Shown here in pieces: positions 31,476-39,315 of a stretch of DNA of 43,016 nt. Under the pieces are notes generated by a model, which saw only the letters and a list, made by a program, of their open reading frames with translations, made no database searches and was not told the origin of the DNA. This DNA comes from a virus: positions 1-43,016 of the IMG/VR virus record IMGVR_UViG_3300002026_000066; one strand, given 5' to 3'. A program made the translations under genes and the position numbers. The first letter of the stretch is position 1. Each line of letters starts with the position of its first letter.

Positions 31476-33094
31476 AAAAAGCCGTGATCTATGCCCGCGT
31501 GAGCACCAAGCGCCAGGCCGATGACGGACTGCCGGTGGAGAGTCAGATTGACCACTGCCAGACCAAGGCCGCAGGCATGGGGCTGCAGGTGGCCAAGGTG
31601 TTTGTGGACGGCGGCATTTCAGGCACTACCGACAAGCGCCCCGCCTTTCAGGACGCACTGAACTACTGCGCGCTGATGGACGTGGACTACTTCATTTGCT
31701 GGAGCAGCAGCCGCTTTGCCCGCAACCACCTGGACGCTGGCCACTACAAGGCCCAGTTGGCCAGGTACGGCACCCGGCTCATTTACAGCAGCACGGAGGT
31801 GGACATTCGCACCGACGACGGCTGGTTCATTGATGCCATTGGCTCGGTCATTGACGAGCGGTATTCGCGCCAGGTGAGCACCGACACGCGGCGCAGCATG
31901 CTGAAGGCCGCGCGCGACGGGTTTTTTCTGGGTGGCCGTGTGCCGTTTGGGTACCTGACGGTGCCCGACGGCAAGCGAAAGCGCCTGGCCGTGCACCCGG
32001 TGGAGGGGCCGCAGATTCGGCGTCTGTTCGACATGGCGCTGAACGGCTGGGGTACCAAGATGATTGCTCTGCAGCTCAATGCCCAGGGGCTGAGCATTCG
32101 GGGCAAGGCCTGGAGCAAAAACACCGTTAATTTCATTCTGAAGAACGAGGTGTATGCGGGCCTGAGCGTGTTCAACCGCAAAAAGGGCCGTGTGGACAAC
32201 CCGCGCGAGGACTGGGTGAAGGTCACCAGCCATGAGGGCTTGGTGAATGAAGCTGATTTTGAAAGGGTGCAAACCATGGTGACCGACCGACAACCCATGA
32301 ACGTGGGTGGCCAGCCGCGTAGCAACTTCGCCTTCACCGGCCTGCTGCAGTGTGGCGTGTGCGGGGCCGGCCTGCAGACCTGCAGCGGCACCGGGCGCAG
32401 CAAGGTGTATCACTACTACGGCTGCCGTGACGCTTTGAGCGGCAAAAACCGCTGCAGCATGAAGAAGGTGAGGGCAGACCTGTTTGACGAATGGATGCTG
32501 TCGGCCTTGCTGGACGAAGTTCTGACGCCCGAACGCATGCTGGATGTGTTTGCCCAGGCTGCGGCGCAGCGCCAAGAGTGGGTGAAAGACCGGGCGGGTC
32601 GTCGAGAGGGGTTGGTAAACGAGATGCGCACGGTGGAGCGGTCTCGCGGGAATCTTTACGGCTTGCTAGAGCTGCACGGGGTGAACGCGCCAAATCTGGG
32701 GGATTTGACGGTTAGGCTTCGGGAACTGAACGAGCGCCTGAAGAAGCTGGAGGCAACGTTGCTGGAGCTGGAGAGTGAACCTCTGTCGCCAGGCGATTTG
32801 CCCGATGCGGATCCGCAGGAGGTGGCTGAAGTGCTGAGGGGGGTGGTGATGGATTGCCAGGATCCACGCAAGGTGCGTGCGTTCTTGGGGTCATTTGTGA
32901 AGGGAATTAGCCTTGGCGAATCAACCGTGGAGGTTGAGTATTTGCCGGAGTGCCTGGTGCGGCTGAATAGCCGCACCAGGGTTCACAGTGGTAATGGTTG
33001 GCTCCCCAACCTTGGCACACAGCGAACCATTACGGCCACGTTGGAGCGGCCTTTGCGGTTTGGTGTCAGGTGGGTGGATGCCATTGCGGCCTGA
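31472..33094 (+). CDS. Large serine recombinase (540 aa)
   Basis: N-terminal resolvase domain AVIYARVSTKRQ (catalytic Ser), recombinase domain, zinc ribbon (LQCGVCG...YYGCR...RC), and a C-terminal coiled coil. Confidence 0.9.
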   Translation: MKKAVIYARVSTKRQADDGLPVESQIDHCQTKAAGMGLQVAKVFVDGGISGTTDKRPAFQDALNYCALMDVDYFICWSSSRFARNHLDAGHYKAQLARYGTRLIYSSTEVDIRTDDGWFIDAIGSVIDERYSRQVSTDTRRSMLKAARDGFFLGGRVPFGYLTVPDGKRKRLAVHPVEGPQIRRLFDMALNGWGTKMIALQLNAQGLSIRGKAWSKNTVNFILKNEVYAGLSVFNRKKGRVDNPREDWVKVTSHEGLVNEADFERVQTMVTDRQPMNVGGQPRSNFAFTGLLQCGVCGAGLQTCSGTGRSKVYHYYGCRDALSGKNRCSMKKVRADLFDEWMLSALLDEVLTPERMLDVFAQAAAQRQEWVKDRAGRREGLVNEMRTVERSRGNLYGLLELHGVNAPNLGDLTVRLRELNERLKKLEATLLELESEPLSPGDLPDADPQEVAEVLRGVVMDCQDPRKVRAFLGSFVKGISLGESTVEVEYLPECLVRLNSRTRVHSGNGWLPNLGTQRTITATLERPLRFGVRWVDAIAA

Positions 33095-33155
33095 TGGTAT
33101 CCTGATGCTGCCCCAGTCTCTGGGGCCTCCCTTTCGACGCTTGGCGTTGATTCAC

Positions 33156-33183
33156 GCCGGGCCTTTGGGTCTGGCTTTTTTTT
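33156..33183 (+). terminator. Rho-independent terminator after the serine recombinase gene
   Basis: Stem gccgggcc / ggtctggc (8 bp including 2 G-U pairs), tetraloop tttg, then T8. Confidence 0.6.
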
Positions 33184-33210
33184 GTCACAACACTATTCAG
33201 GGGGCCAAAA

Positions 33211-33528
33211 ATGGCACTGGTGAATTGCAAGGAATGCGGTGCAGAGGTCAGTACGGACGCGAAATCGTGTCCCAAGTGTGGGGCGCGGATGAAGCCCAAG
33301 AGCAACCTGTGGAAATGGATTGTTGGCTTGCCGATTGGTGGCTTTGTGCTTCTGATGGTGATTGGTTCTTTTGGGATGGGCAGTCCTGAAGAACAACAGG
33401 CCAGGCGGACATACAAACAATGCCTGAAAAACCTGGAGAGCGCACCACCAAGCGTGCGCAGCACGATCAGCGGGGCGTGTGATTTGCTGGAGTCGCAGTT
33501 CAGGGCGAGATTCGGCAAGAACCCCTGA
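33211..33528 (+). CDS. Zinc-ribbon membrane protein (possible lysogenic-conversion gene)
   Basis: N-terminal CKECG...CPKCG zinc ribbon followed by the TM helix WIVGLPIGGFVLLMVIGSF. Flanked by terminators on both sides. Confidence 0.6.
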   Translation: MALVNCKECGAEVSTDAKSCPKCGARMKPKSNLWKWIVGLPIGGFVLLMVIGSFGMGSPEEQQARRTYKQCLKNLESAPPSVRSTISGACDLLESQFRARFGKNP

Positions 33529-33533
33529 AGCTG

Positions 33534-33977
33534 CTACTCGCTGGGATCGAGCGCCGGGCCTTGAGCCCGGTTTTTTTCGTCTGTTGGGCGGCGGTCTCTG
33601 GCGAACAGAACCCTTGTGCTGGGGGGCACCACGGTTTTGCTGGTGTCGAGGGCTTGCAAGATGGCCCCGTATGACGTTTTGCGCGCGGCCTTGATCGTCA
33701 ACAAGGTGCCGCCGCCGCTGTAGCCAGCCAGCACCAGGCGGGCGAGGGCCTCTGTGAAGGTGCCGCCTTGCTCGTCCATTTCATCCTGAACGGCAATCAC
33801 GACTTCTTCGGGGTAGTCGGTGGTGGGGGCTGACGCCTGAACCAGTGATGCTGCAAGGCGCTCTGTGACCTCCGCGTTGAAGCTTCGCCGCGCATCTTGC
33901 GCAGCCTTGGTGATTGCTTCCTTCAGTTCTGCGGGAAGCCGCAACGGGTAGGCGGGTGCTTGATGTCTATCGGTCAT
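33534..33977 (-). CDS. Arc/Mnt-type RHH repressor with a C-terminal domain (Mnt-like position)
   Basis: The start is taken at MTDRHQAPAYPLRLPAELKEAITKAAQDARRSFNAEVTERLAASL, a typical Arc-domain N-terminus. The track ORF extends to 34034. Divergent from the arc-like and antirepressor genes. Confidence 0.65.
   Translation of the reverse strand: MTDRHQAPAYPLRLPAELKEAITKAAQDARRSFNAEVTERLAASLVQASAPTTDYPEEVVIAVQDEMDEQGGTFTEALARLVLAGYSGGGTLLTIKAARKTSYGAILQALDTSKTVVPPSTRVLFARDRRPTDEKNRAQGPALDPSE
33554..33577 (+). terminator. Rho-independent terminator
   Basis: Stem ccgggc / gcccgg with loop cttga, then T7. It lies within the 3' end of the convergent minus-strand ORF. Confidence 0.65.
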
Positions 33978-34013
33978 GTGTCGATTGTGGACATCATCCT
34001 GAATCTTTTCAAA

Positions 34014-34050
34014 GATACACATTGACATCCACAAGATGTGTATCTATTAT
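34014..34050 (+). promoter_or_regulatory. Near-consensus sigma70 promoter (TTGACA-N17-TATTAT) overlapped by a 9-bp inverted-repeat operator
   Basis: TTGACA at 34022-27 and TATTAT at 34045-50, with a 17-nt spacer. The inverted repeat GATACACAT (34014-22) / ATGTGTATC (34036-44) brackets the -35 element and spacer. CATCCACA-like half sites also lie nearby. Confidence 0.65.
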
Positions 34051-34088
34051 TCATCCACACCAAACAGGTGTTCGATGAAAGGAAGCAC

Positions 34089-34256
34089 ATGCCAACCCCC
34101 AATCCCCGATCCCCAACAAGCCTGCGAATCCCTGATGAGCTGAAGAAGTGGCTCAAACACCGTGCGGTTGACAACAACCGTTCGTTGCCCGATGAGATTT
34201 TGGCCATCTGCAAGGACTTGCAAAAGAAAGAGAAAGCCCATGCCCCACAAACCTGA
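34089..34256 (+). CDS. Arc-like RHH repressor (55 aa)
   Basis: AAAGGAAG ribosome-binding site. The sequence PTSLRIPDELKKWLKHRAVDNNRSLPDEILAICKDL fits the Arc pattern, and the gene lies immediately upstream of the antirepressor gene. Confidence 0.65.
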   Translation: MPTPNPRSPTSLRIPDELKKWLKHRAVDNNRSLPDEILAICKDLQKKEKAHAPQT

Positions 34257-34965
34257 AGCCCCAAAAGGAAACGCCCCGGCTGCGCTAACAGCCGAGGCGT
34301 TGGATGCGAAACCCTCAAATCACCAAAGGAATCACACCGTGAATTCTAAAGCCACCCCCGCAAATGACCAACAGGCAACCGATGTGGTGCCGTTGATCCC
34401 CGTCCTGTTTGACCAGGACACCCTGATTTTGGTTGAGCATAATGGCCAGCCTTATGTGGTCATGAAGCCCTTGGTAACCGCCATGGGCCTCGATTGGGCC
34501 AGTCAGTTCGTCAAAATTGGGCAGAAATTTGAGTCAACCGTTGTGGAAATCACAACGGTTGGAGAAGACGGGAGGCTTCGCACCATGATCTGCATCCCGT
34601 TGCGCAAGCTGCCGGGCTGGCTTTACTCCCTCAACCCTGGAAAGGTGGCGCCTCACCTGCGAGCCAAAGTGGTCCGCTACCAGGACGAATGCGACGAAGT
34701 GCTGTGGCGGCACTGGACGGGCACCTACACCCCCACACACAGCACGGCCAACTTGGGTTTGTCACGCCTGAACCTGAGCTATGAGCGTGAGCACACCCGC
34801 GTTTGCTTGGAACTGTCCAAGTGCACCGAGCTTGGCCTGGGTGATGCCCTGTTCGACAAATACCAGCGGCTGTGTGCGTTGTTGGGGGCCAAGGTGATCA
34901 AGCTGGATGACTTGGCCCCAGGCCTGCGGCAAAAGCGCTTGGCTTTGGAAGGGGCAGGGTCATGA
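34240..34965 (+). CDS. Antirepressor (P22 Ant-type N-terminal domain)
   Basis: The sequence LILVEHNGQPYVVMKPLVTAMGLDWASQFVKI...EDGRLRTMICIPLRKLPGWLYSLNPGKVAPHLRAKVVRYQDECDEVLWRHW matches the P22_AR N-terminal domain pattern. Confidence 0.8.
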   Translation: MPHKPEAPKGNAPAALTAEALDAKPSNHQRNHTVNSKATPANDQQATDVVPLIPVLFDQDTLILVEHNGQPYVVMKPLVTAMGLDWASQFVKIGQKFESTVVEITTVGEDGRLRTMICIPLRKLPGWLYSLNPGKVAPHLRAKVVRYQDECDEVLWRHWTGTYTPTHSTANLGLSRLNLSYEREHTRVCLELSKCTELGLGDALFDKYQRLCALLGAKVIKLDDLAPGLRQKRLALEGAGS

Positions 34966-35240
34966 GCGCCGCTGTTTTTACCCTCGAACCCGCCACCAGC
35001 CACACCGTTTCCATTCCCACCGAAGCCGAGTTCGCCGCCGATCTGCTGGACGATGCCGAGAGCGCCCGGCGCAACGTGGCCGCGCTGGCTGAAATTCTGG
35101 CGGGCTGTGCGCCTGAGTACAAAATTTCGGCCTTCCTGTTCCGCAGCCTGTTGGAAACGGCCTTGTGCCACCTTGAGAACACGGTGGAGGGCGTGCGCTT
35201 GCTGGCTGCTGCGCCTGTTGGGGTTGTCACAATGGCGTGA
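34962..35240 (+). CDS. Hypothetical protein
   Basis: ATGA-coupled ORF of 92 aa. Confidence 0.45.
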   Translation: MSAAVFTLEPATSHTVSIPTEAEFAADLLDDAESARRNVAALAEILAGCAPEYKISAFLFRSLLETALCHLENTVEGVRLLAAAPVGVVTMA

Positions 35241-35285
35241 CTTGCCACCGTTTTCGGTGCAAAATCCACAGCTACAAACACAAAC

Positions 35286-35312
35286 GGGGCTTGCGTAAAG
35301 CCCCCTTTTTTT
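35286..35312 (+). terminator. Rho-independent terminator
   Basis: Stem ggggctt / aagcccc with loop gcgta, then T7. Confidence 0.75.
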
Positions 35313-35339
35313 GCGCAAAATTGGCGGTGATGATGGGGC

Positions 35340-36293
35340 ATGCCTCATCACGATTGGTCGGCCCAGCTTTCGCACGTCAACTTCCGTTGCGGTGCATGCA
35401 AGCGGTCGTTTGCGGCTGCGCCTGACCTGATTGAGGACGCGCCCGAGCGCGACCACCACCCTTACCGCTACTTTGCCCACTGCCCGCACTGCGAGGCTGA
35501 GAACCAGCCGCAGGCCAGCTGGGAGGTGGCGCTGCTGAAGGCGCACCAAACCAGCACCGGCCCCCGCACTGACGAGGGCAAGGCCGCCACCGCTGCCAAC
35601 CTGGCTGGGCACCCCACCGCTGAAGAGACCCGGCGCACCCGCTTCAACGCCATGAAGCACGGCATGAATGCGCGTGTGGCCACCTACTTTCCGGCCAAGC
35701 CGGATGGTTACGCCTTTTGTGCCCGGTGCGATGTGGGGCGCGACTGGTGCGCTGCGCAGCCCGCGTGCGTGAAGCAAACCGAAATTTTCATGCTGCACCA
35801 CGCTGCGTTCGAGCAGCGCGACCCCCGTGTGCTGGGCGGCATTCATGCCGATTTGCAAGCCAGCCTGACGGCCATGTTGCAGATGTGCATTCAGGAGGTC
35901 TTGGGGCTGGGGGTGCTGATCAAAGCGCCCAAGGTGGAGCTGGACCGCGAGGGCAACCCGGTGACGCTGACCTATGTGGACGAGGGCGGCAAGCGCCAGT
36001 ACATCTACAACTACACCAGCAACCCGGCGTTCAAGCCCCTGACCGAGCTGGTGAGCCGCCTGGGCCTGAGCATGAACGACCTGGGCATGACGGTGAAGAA
36101 GGCCGATGACGAAGACGGCATGCTGAATGGCCGCCTGCAACTGGATGCCGACACCCGCGAAACCCTGCAAAGCTTTGGGGCCCGCATGCTGGAAGCCACC
36201 CAGGGCGCCAAAGACCTGATTGCCCAGGCGCAGCAGCGCACCAAGGCTGACCCGGTGTTGGTGGAGTTTCAGGCGCGGGGTGGTGAAAAATGA
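35340..36293 (+). CDS. Putative small terminase subunit (assigned by position)
   Basis: 317-aa ORF ATGA-coupled to the large terminase gene. It has an N-terminal Cys4-like cluster (CGAC...CPHC). There is no family-level recognition. Confidence 0.4.
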   Translation: MPHHDWSAQLSHVNFRCGACKRSFAAAPDLIEDAPERDHHPYRYFAHCPHCEAENQPQASWEVALLKAHQTSTGPRTDEGKAATAANLAGHPTAEETRRTRFNAMKHGMNARVATYFPAKPDGYAFCARCDVGRDWCAAQPACVKQTEIFMLHHAAFEQRDPRVLGGIHADLQASLTAMLQMCIQEVLGLGVLIKAPKVELDREGNPVTLTYVDEGGKRQYIYNYTSNPAFKPLTELVSRLGLSMNDLGMTVKKADDEDGMLNGRLQLDADTRETLQSFGARMLEATQGAKDLIAQAQQRTKADPVLVEFQARGGEK

Positions 36294-37888
36294 GCCGCAT
36301 CAGCGCCGCGCAGCGCGTGAAAAGCTCGATCGTGGCCGAGCAGGAAATCATGCGGTTTGCCCTGCCTGACCCGGTGACGGGCATCAGGCCCCACGCCCTG
36401 TGGCACAAGTATGTGCACAACGTGGAGCTTGACCCCATTCAGGTGCTGAAGATGCAGGAGATGGACGAGCACCGCGACACGGTGGACTTCAGTTGCCGGC
36501 GCACGGGCAAAACCGCCGTGAAGGAAATGCACATTCTGGAAGAGCTGGCCACCACGCCTTACCAGGAGTGCGGCATTGTGGCCCCGCGCATGCAGCAGAG
36601 CCAGAACAACCTGAATTACCACATTGACGCCATCAGGCGCAGCCCCATGCTGGGTGCCTTTATTGCCCACAAGCAAGGTCGCCCGCAGCTGAAAGACATG
36701 GCCTACCAGTTTGTGAACGGCAGCAAGGCCAGTGCCTACGGCATCATGAGCCAGATTGACGGCGACAGCATCACCCTGGCCAGCCTGGAAGAAACCGACG
36801 ACATGCCCCAAGACCGGTTGCTGAGCCGGTTTTTGCCCATGCTGGGTGCCGCGCGGCGGCTGGGGGTGGACAGAAAAGAGACCGAATTCAAGCCCAAGGT
36901 GCGCATCAGCGGTGTGTACAAGGGTGCTGACGTGCTGCAAAGCCTGATTGCCAGCGGCGGCTACCACTGCTTGCCCGCGGTGGATGTGCACCTGGGCGTG
37001 GCGCTGGGCATGGTGGACTCGCACTGGGCGGCCAGCATGCAGGCGCAGCTGCCAGATGAAGAGTACATACGCCAGTTTTTGTGCCGCAACATCCGCGCCC
37101 GCAACTGGATTTGGGAGCAGCACATCAAACGCGCCAACGCCCTGGGTCTTGATGCTGGGCTGGTGCGGGCCGAGCCCCTGCCGGGTGTGCGCTACAAGCG
37201 CCAGGGGCTGCTGAGCTTTGGGTATGACCACACCGGCCACGGGGAAGACCCGGCGGCATCGAAAAGTTCGCTGGTGGTGTGCGAGCAGCTGGGCAACTGG
37301 GTGACCTTTCCGTTTGTGAAGCTGTGGGCCCCCGGTGTGAGCGACAGCACGCTGGCGCGTGACCTGGTGGCGCTGTGGGACTACTTCAGGCCCGATTACG
37401 CCATTGGCGACGCCTACGGCGTGGGCATGCTGACCGGGGTGAATGACGAGCTGTTTCGCCGGGGGCTGACCCCCATCAACCGCGAGACGGTGGGCGACGG
37501 CCAAAGCACCGGCAGCACCTGGGCAGAGTGGGCGTTTGCCCCCATGCGGTTTGAAGGCATGACCAAACACGTGATGGCCAGCGCGGTGCGCGAGGCCTTC
37601 CACAGCAACCGGGCCGCGTTCCCCTACGTGGACACCATGGACGAACGCGAGCCCGAGGAGTGGCTGGCCTTTGTGCGCCAGCTGGGCAACATGAAGGCGG
37701 TGCCCACCCAGGCCAGCTACAGCAGCTTTCAGATGGTGAACCGCAAAGTGGGCGACGACTTGTTTGACGCCGTGTGCGCCGCCGTGTACGCCCTGCTGAC
37801 CCGTGGCCTGGCCGACGCGCCGACCGTGATTTCGCAACGCAAGGTCAGCCGCGAAGAGCTGCTGGGCCTGCCAACCTACGGGCACTGA
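36290..37888 (+). CDS. Large terminase subunit
   Basis: 532 aa with a Walker A-like motif (SCRRTGKTAV). Located immediately upstream of the portal gene. Confidence 0.75.
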   Translation: MSRISAAQRVKSSIVAEQEIMRFALPDPVTGIRPHALWHKYVHNVELDPIQVLKMQEMDEHRDTVDFSCRRTGKTAVKEMHILEELATTPYQECGIVAPRMQQSQNNLNYHIDAIRRSPMLGAFIAHKQGRPQLKDMAYQFVNGSKASAYGIMSQIDGDSITLASLEETDDMPQDRLLSRFLPMLGAARRLGVDRKETEFKPKVRISGVYKGADVLQSLIASGGYHCLPAVDVHLGVALGMVDSHWAASMQAQLPDEEYIRQFLCRNIRARNWIWEQHIKRANALGLDAGLVRAEPLPGVRYKRQGLLSFGYDHTGHGEDPAASKSSLVVCEQLGNWVTFPFVKLWAPGVSDSTLARDLVALWDYFRPDYAIGDAYGVGMLTGVNDELFRRGLTPINRETVGDGQSTGSTWAEWAFAPMRFEGMTKHVMASAVREAFHSNRAAFPYVDTMDEREPEEWLAFVRQLGNMKAVPTQASYSSFQMVNRKVGDDLFDAVCAAVYALLTRGLADAPTVISQRKVSREELLGLPTYGH

Positions 37889-37890
37889 CC

Positions 37891-39315
37891 ATGAACCTGA
37901 TGAACCCCCTGAAAACCGGCATGGCCAACGTGGCCGGGCTGTTTGCCAAGCTGATGCCGAGCGCCATGAACGTTGGGGCAGAGCGCGGCGACCGCCTGGC
38001 CAGCGATGACGCCATGGAGCGGCTGTACCGCACCATGTGGATTGACTTTGACCGCAAAGCCCAGGTGCGGCTGATGCGCGAGATGGACATGAAAGACGGC
38101 CGCGTGAAAACCGTGCACAGCCGCGTGGCGCGTGACGTGGTGAAGGGCGGGCTGCTGATGCAGGTAAGCGAGCGCTTCAGCAGCGAGACGCTGAAGCGGG
38201 AGTGGACGGGCTTTCATGCCCGGGTGCAGCTGAACAACAGCCAGAAGCTGAAAAGCGATGCCCGCGGTCTGTTAATGGAAGGCAACCTGCCCTTGCAACT
38301 GGTGCTGGACGATGCCCGGCGCGACGTGGTGTCGGCCATCCGCATGCCCAGCGAAACCATTGTGCCCATGACCAACGCACAGGGCCGCTTTGCCAACCCC
38401 GCCAACGCCTTTGAGCAGCGCGACGTGATGACCGGTGCCGTGCTGGCCAACTTTGCCGCCTGGCAGCTGATGCTGTGCAGGCTTGACCCCTACAACTTTG
38501 ACGACCTTGGCAGCATGGGCCGCCCCTGGCTGGACGCCAGTTGCACCGTGTGGAAAAAGCTGGTGATGACCGAGGAAGACCTGGTGATTCGCCGGCGCAT
38601 GCGTGCCCCGCTGCGCCTGGCTCACGTGCTGGAAGGTGCCGACGAACCCACGTTGGAGGCCTACCGCCGAAAGGCAGAGGGGCAAAAGGGCGAAATCACC
38701 ACCGACTTTTACCTGAACCGCAAGGGCGGGGTGCAGGCCATTCAAGGTGACGCCACGCTGGGCGACATTGCCGATGTGGCCCACCTGCTGGACACCTTTT
38801 TTGCAGGCAGCCCCGCACCCAAAGGCCTGTTTGGCTACACGGGCGACATGCAGCGCGACATTCTGGAAGACCTGAAGCGCGACTACTACGCCGAGGTAGA
38901 CGGCCTGCAAGACACCCTGGCCAGCGCCTACATGACCGCCTTCAGGGTGCACCTGCTGTTCAAAGGCATTGACCCCGCGCCAGACGAATTCACCGTGCGG
39001 TTTGCCGAGCGGCGCACCGAAACATTCAACCAGGCCGCTGACCTGGCGCTGAAGTACATCGCCCTGGGCCTGCCGCACCGGCTGGTGTGGGCCGAGCTGG
39101 GGTATGACCCCGACGAGATCGAGGCCATGCTGGCAGAACAGCGCAGGAACGGCGATGCCTACCCAGTGCCGAATGCGACCGGGCGCAATGCGGTGAACCT
39201 GCCCGGCCAAGGTGGCACGCCGAATGTGAGCGTGACCCCTGGCAACGCGCCCAAGGGCGAAAGCGCCACCAGCATCAACAACCCTGGCGGGAATGGTGGG
39301 CGGGGCAGGGCATGA
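37891..39315 (+). CDS. Portal protein
   Basis: ATG at 37891 inside the track ORF 37774-39315, 474 aa. Located between the large terminase and MuF-like genes. Confidence 0.65.
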   Translation: MNLMNPLKTGMANVAGLFAKLMPSAMNVGAERGDRLASDDAMERLYRTMWIDFDRKAQVRLMREMDMKDGRVKTVHSRVARDVVKGGLLMQVSERFSSETLKREWTGFHARVQLNNSQKLKSDARGLLMEGNLPLQLVLDDARRDVVSAIRMPSETIVPMTNAQGRFANPANAFEQRDVMTGAVLANFAAWQLMLCRLDPYNFDDLGSMGRPWLDASCTVWKKLVMTEEDLVIRRRMRAPLRLAHVLEGADEPTLEAYRRKAEGQKGEITTDFYLNRKGGVQAIQGDATLGDIADVAHLLDTFFAGSPAPKGLFGYTGDMQRDILEDLKRDYYAEVDGLQDTLASAYMTAFRVHLLFKGIDPAPDEFTVRFAERRTETFNQAADLALKYIALGLPHRLVWAELGYDPDEIEAMLAEQRRNGDAYPVPNATGRNAVNLPGQGGTPNVSVTPGNAPKGESATSINNPGGNGGRGRA

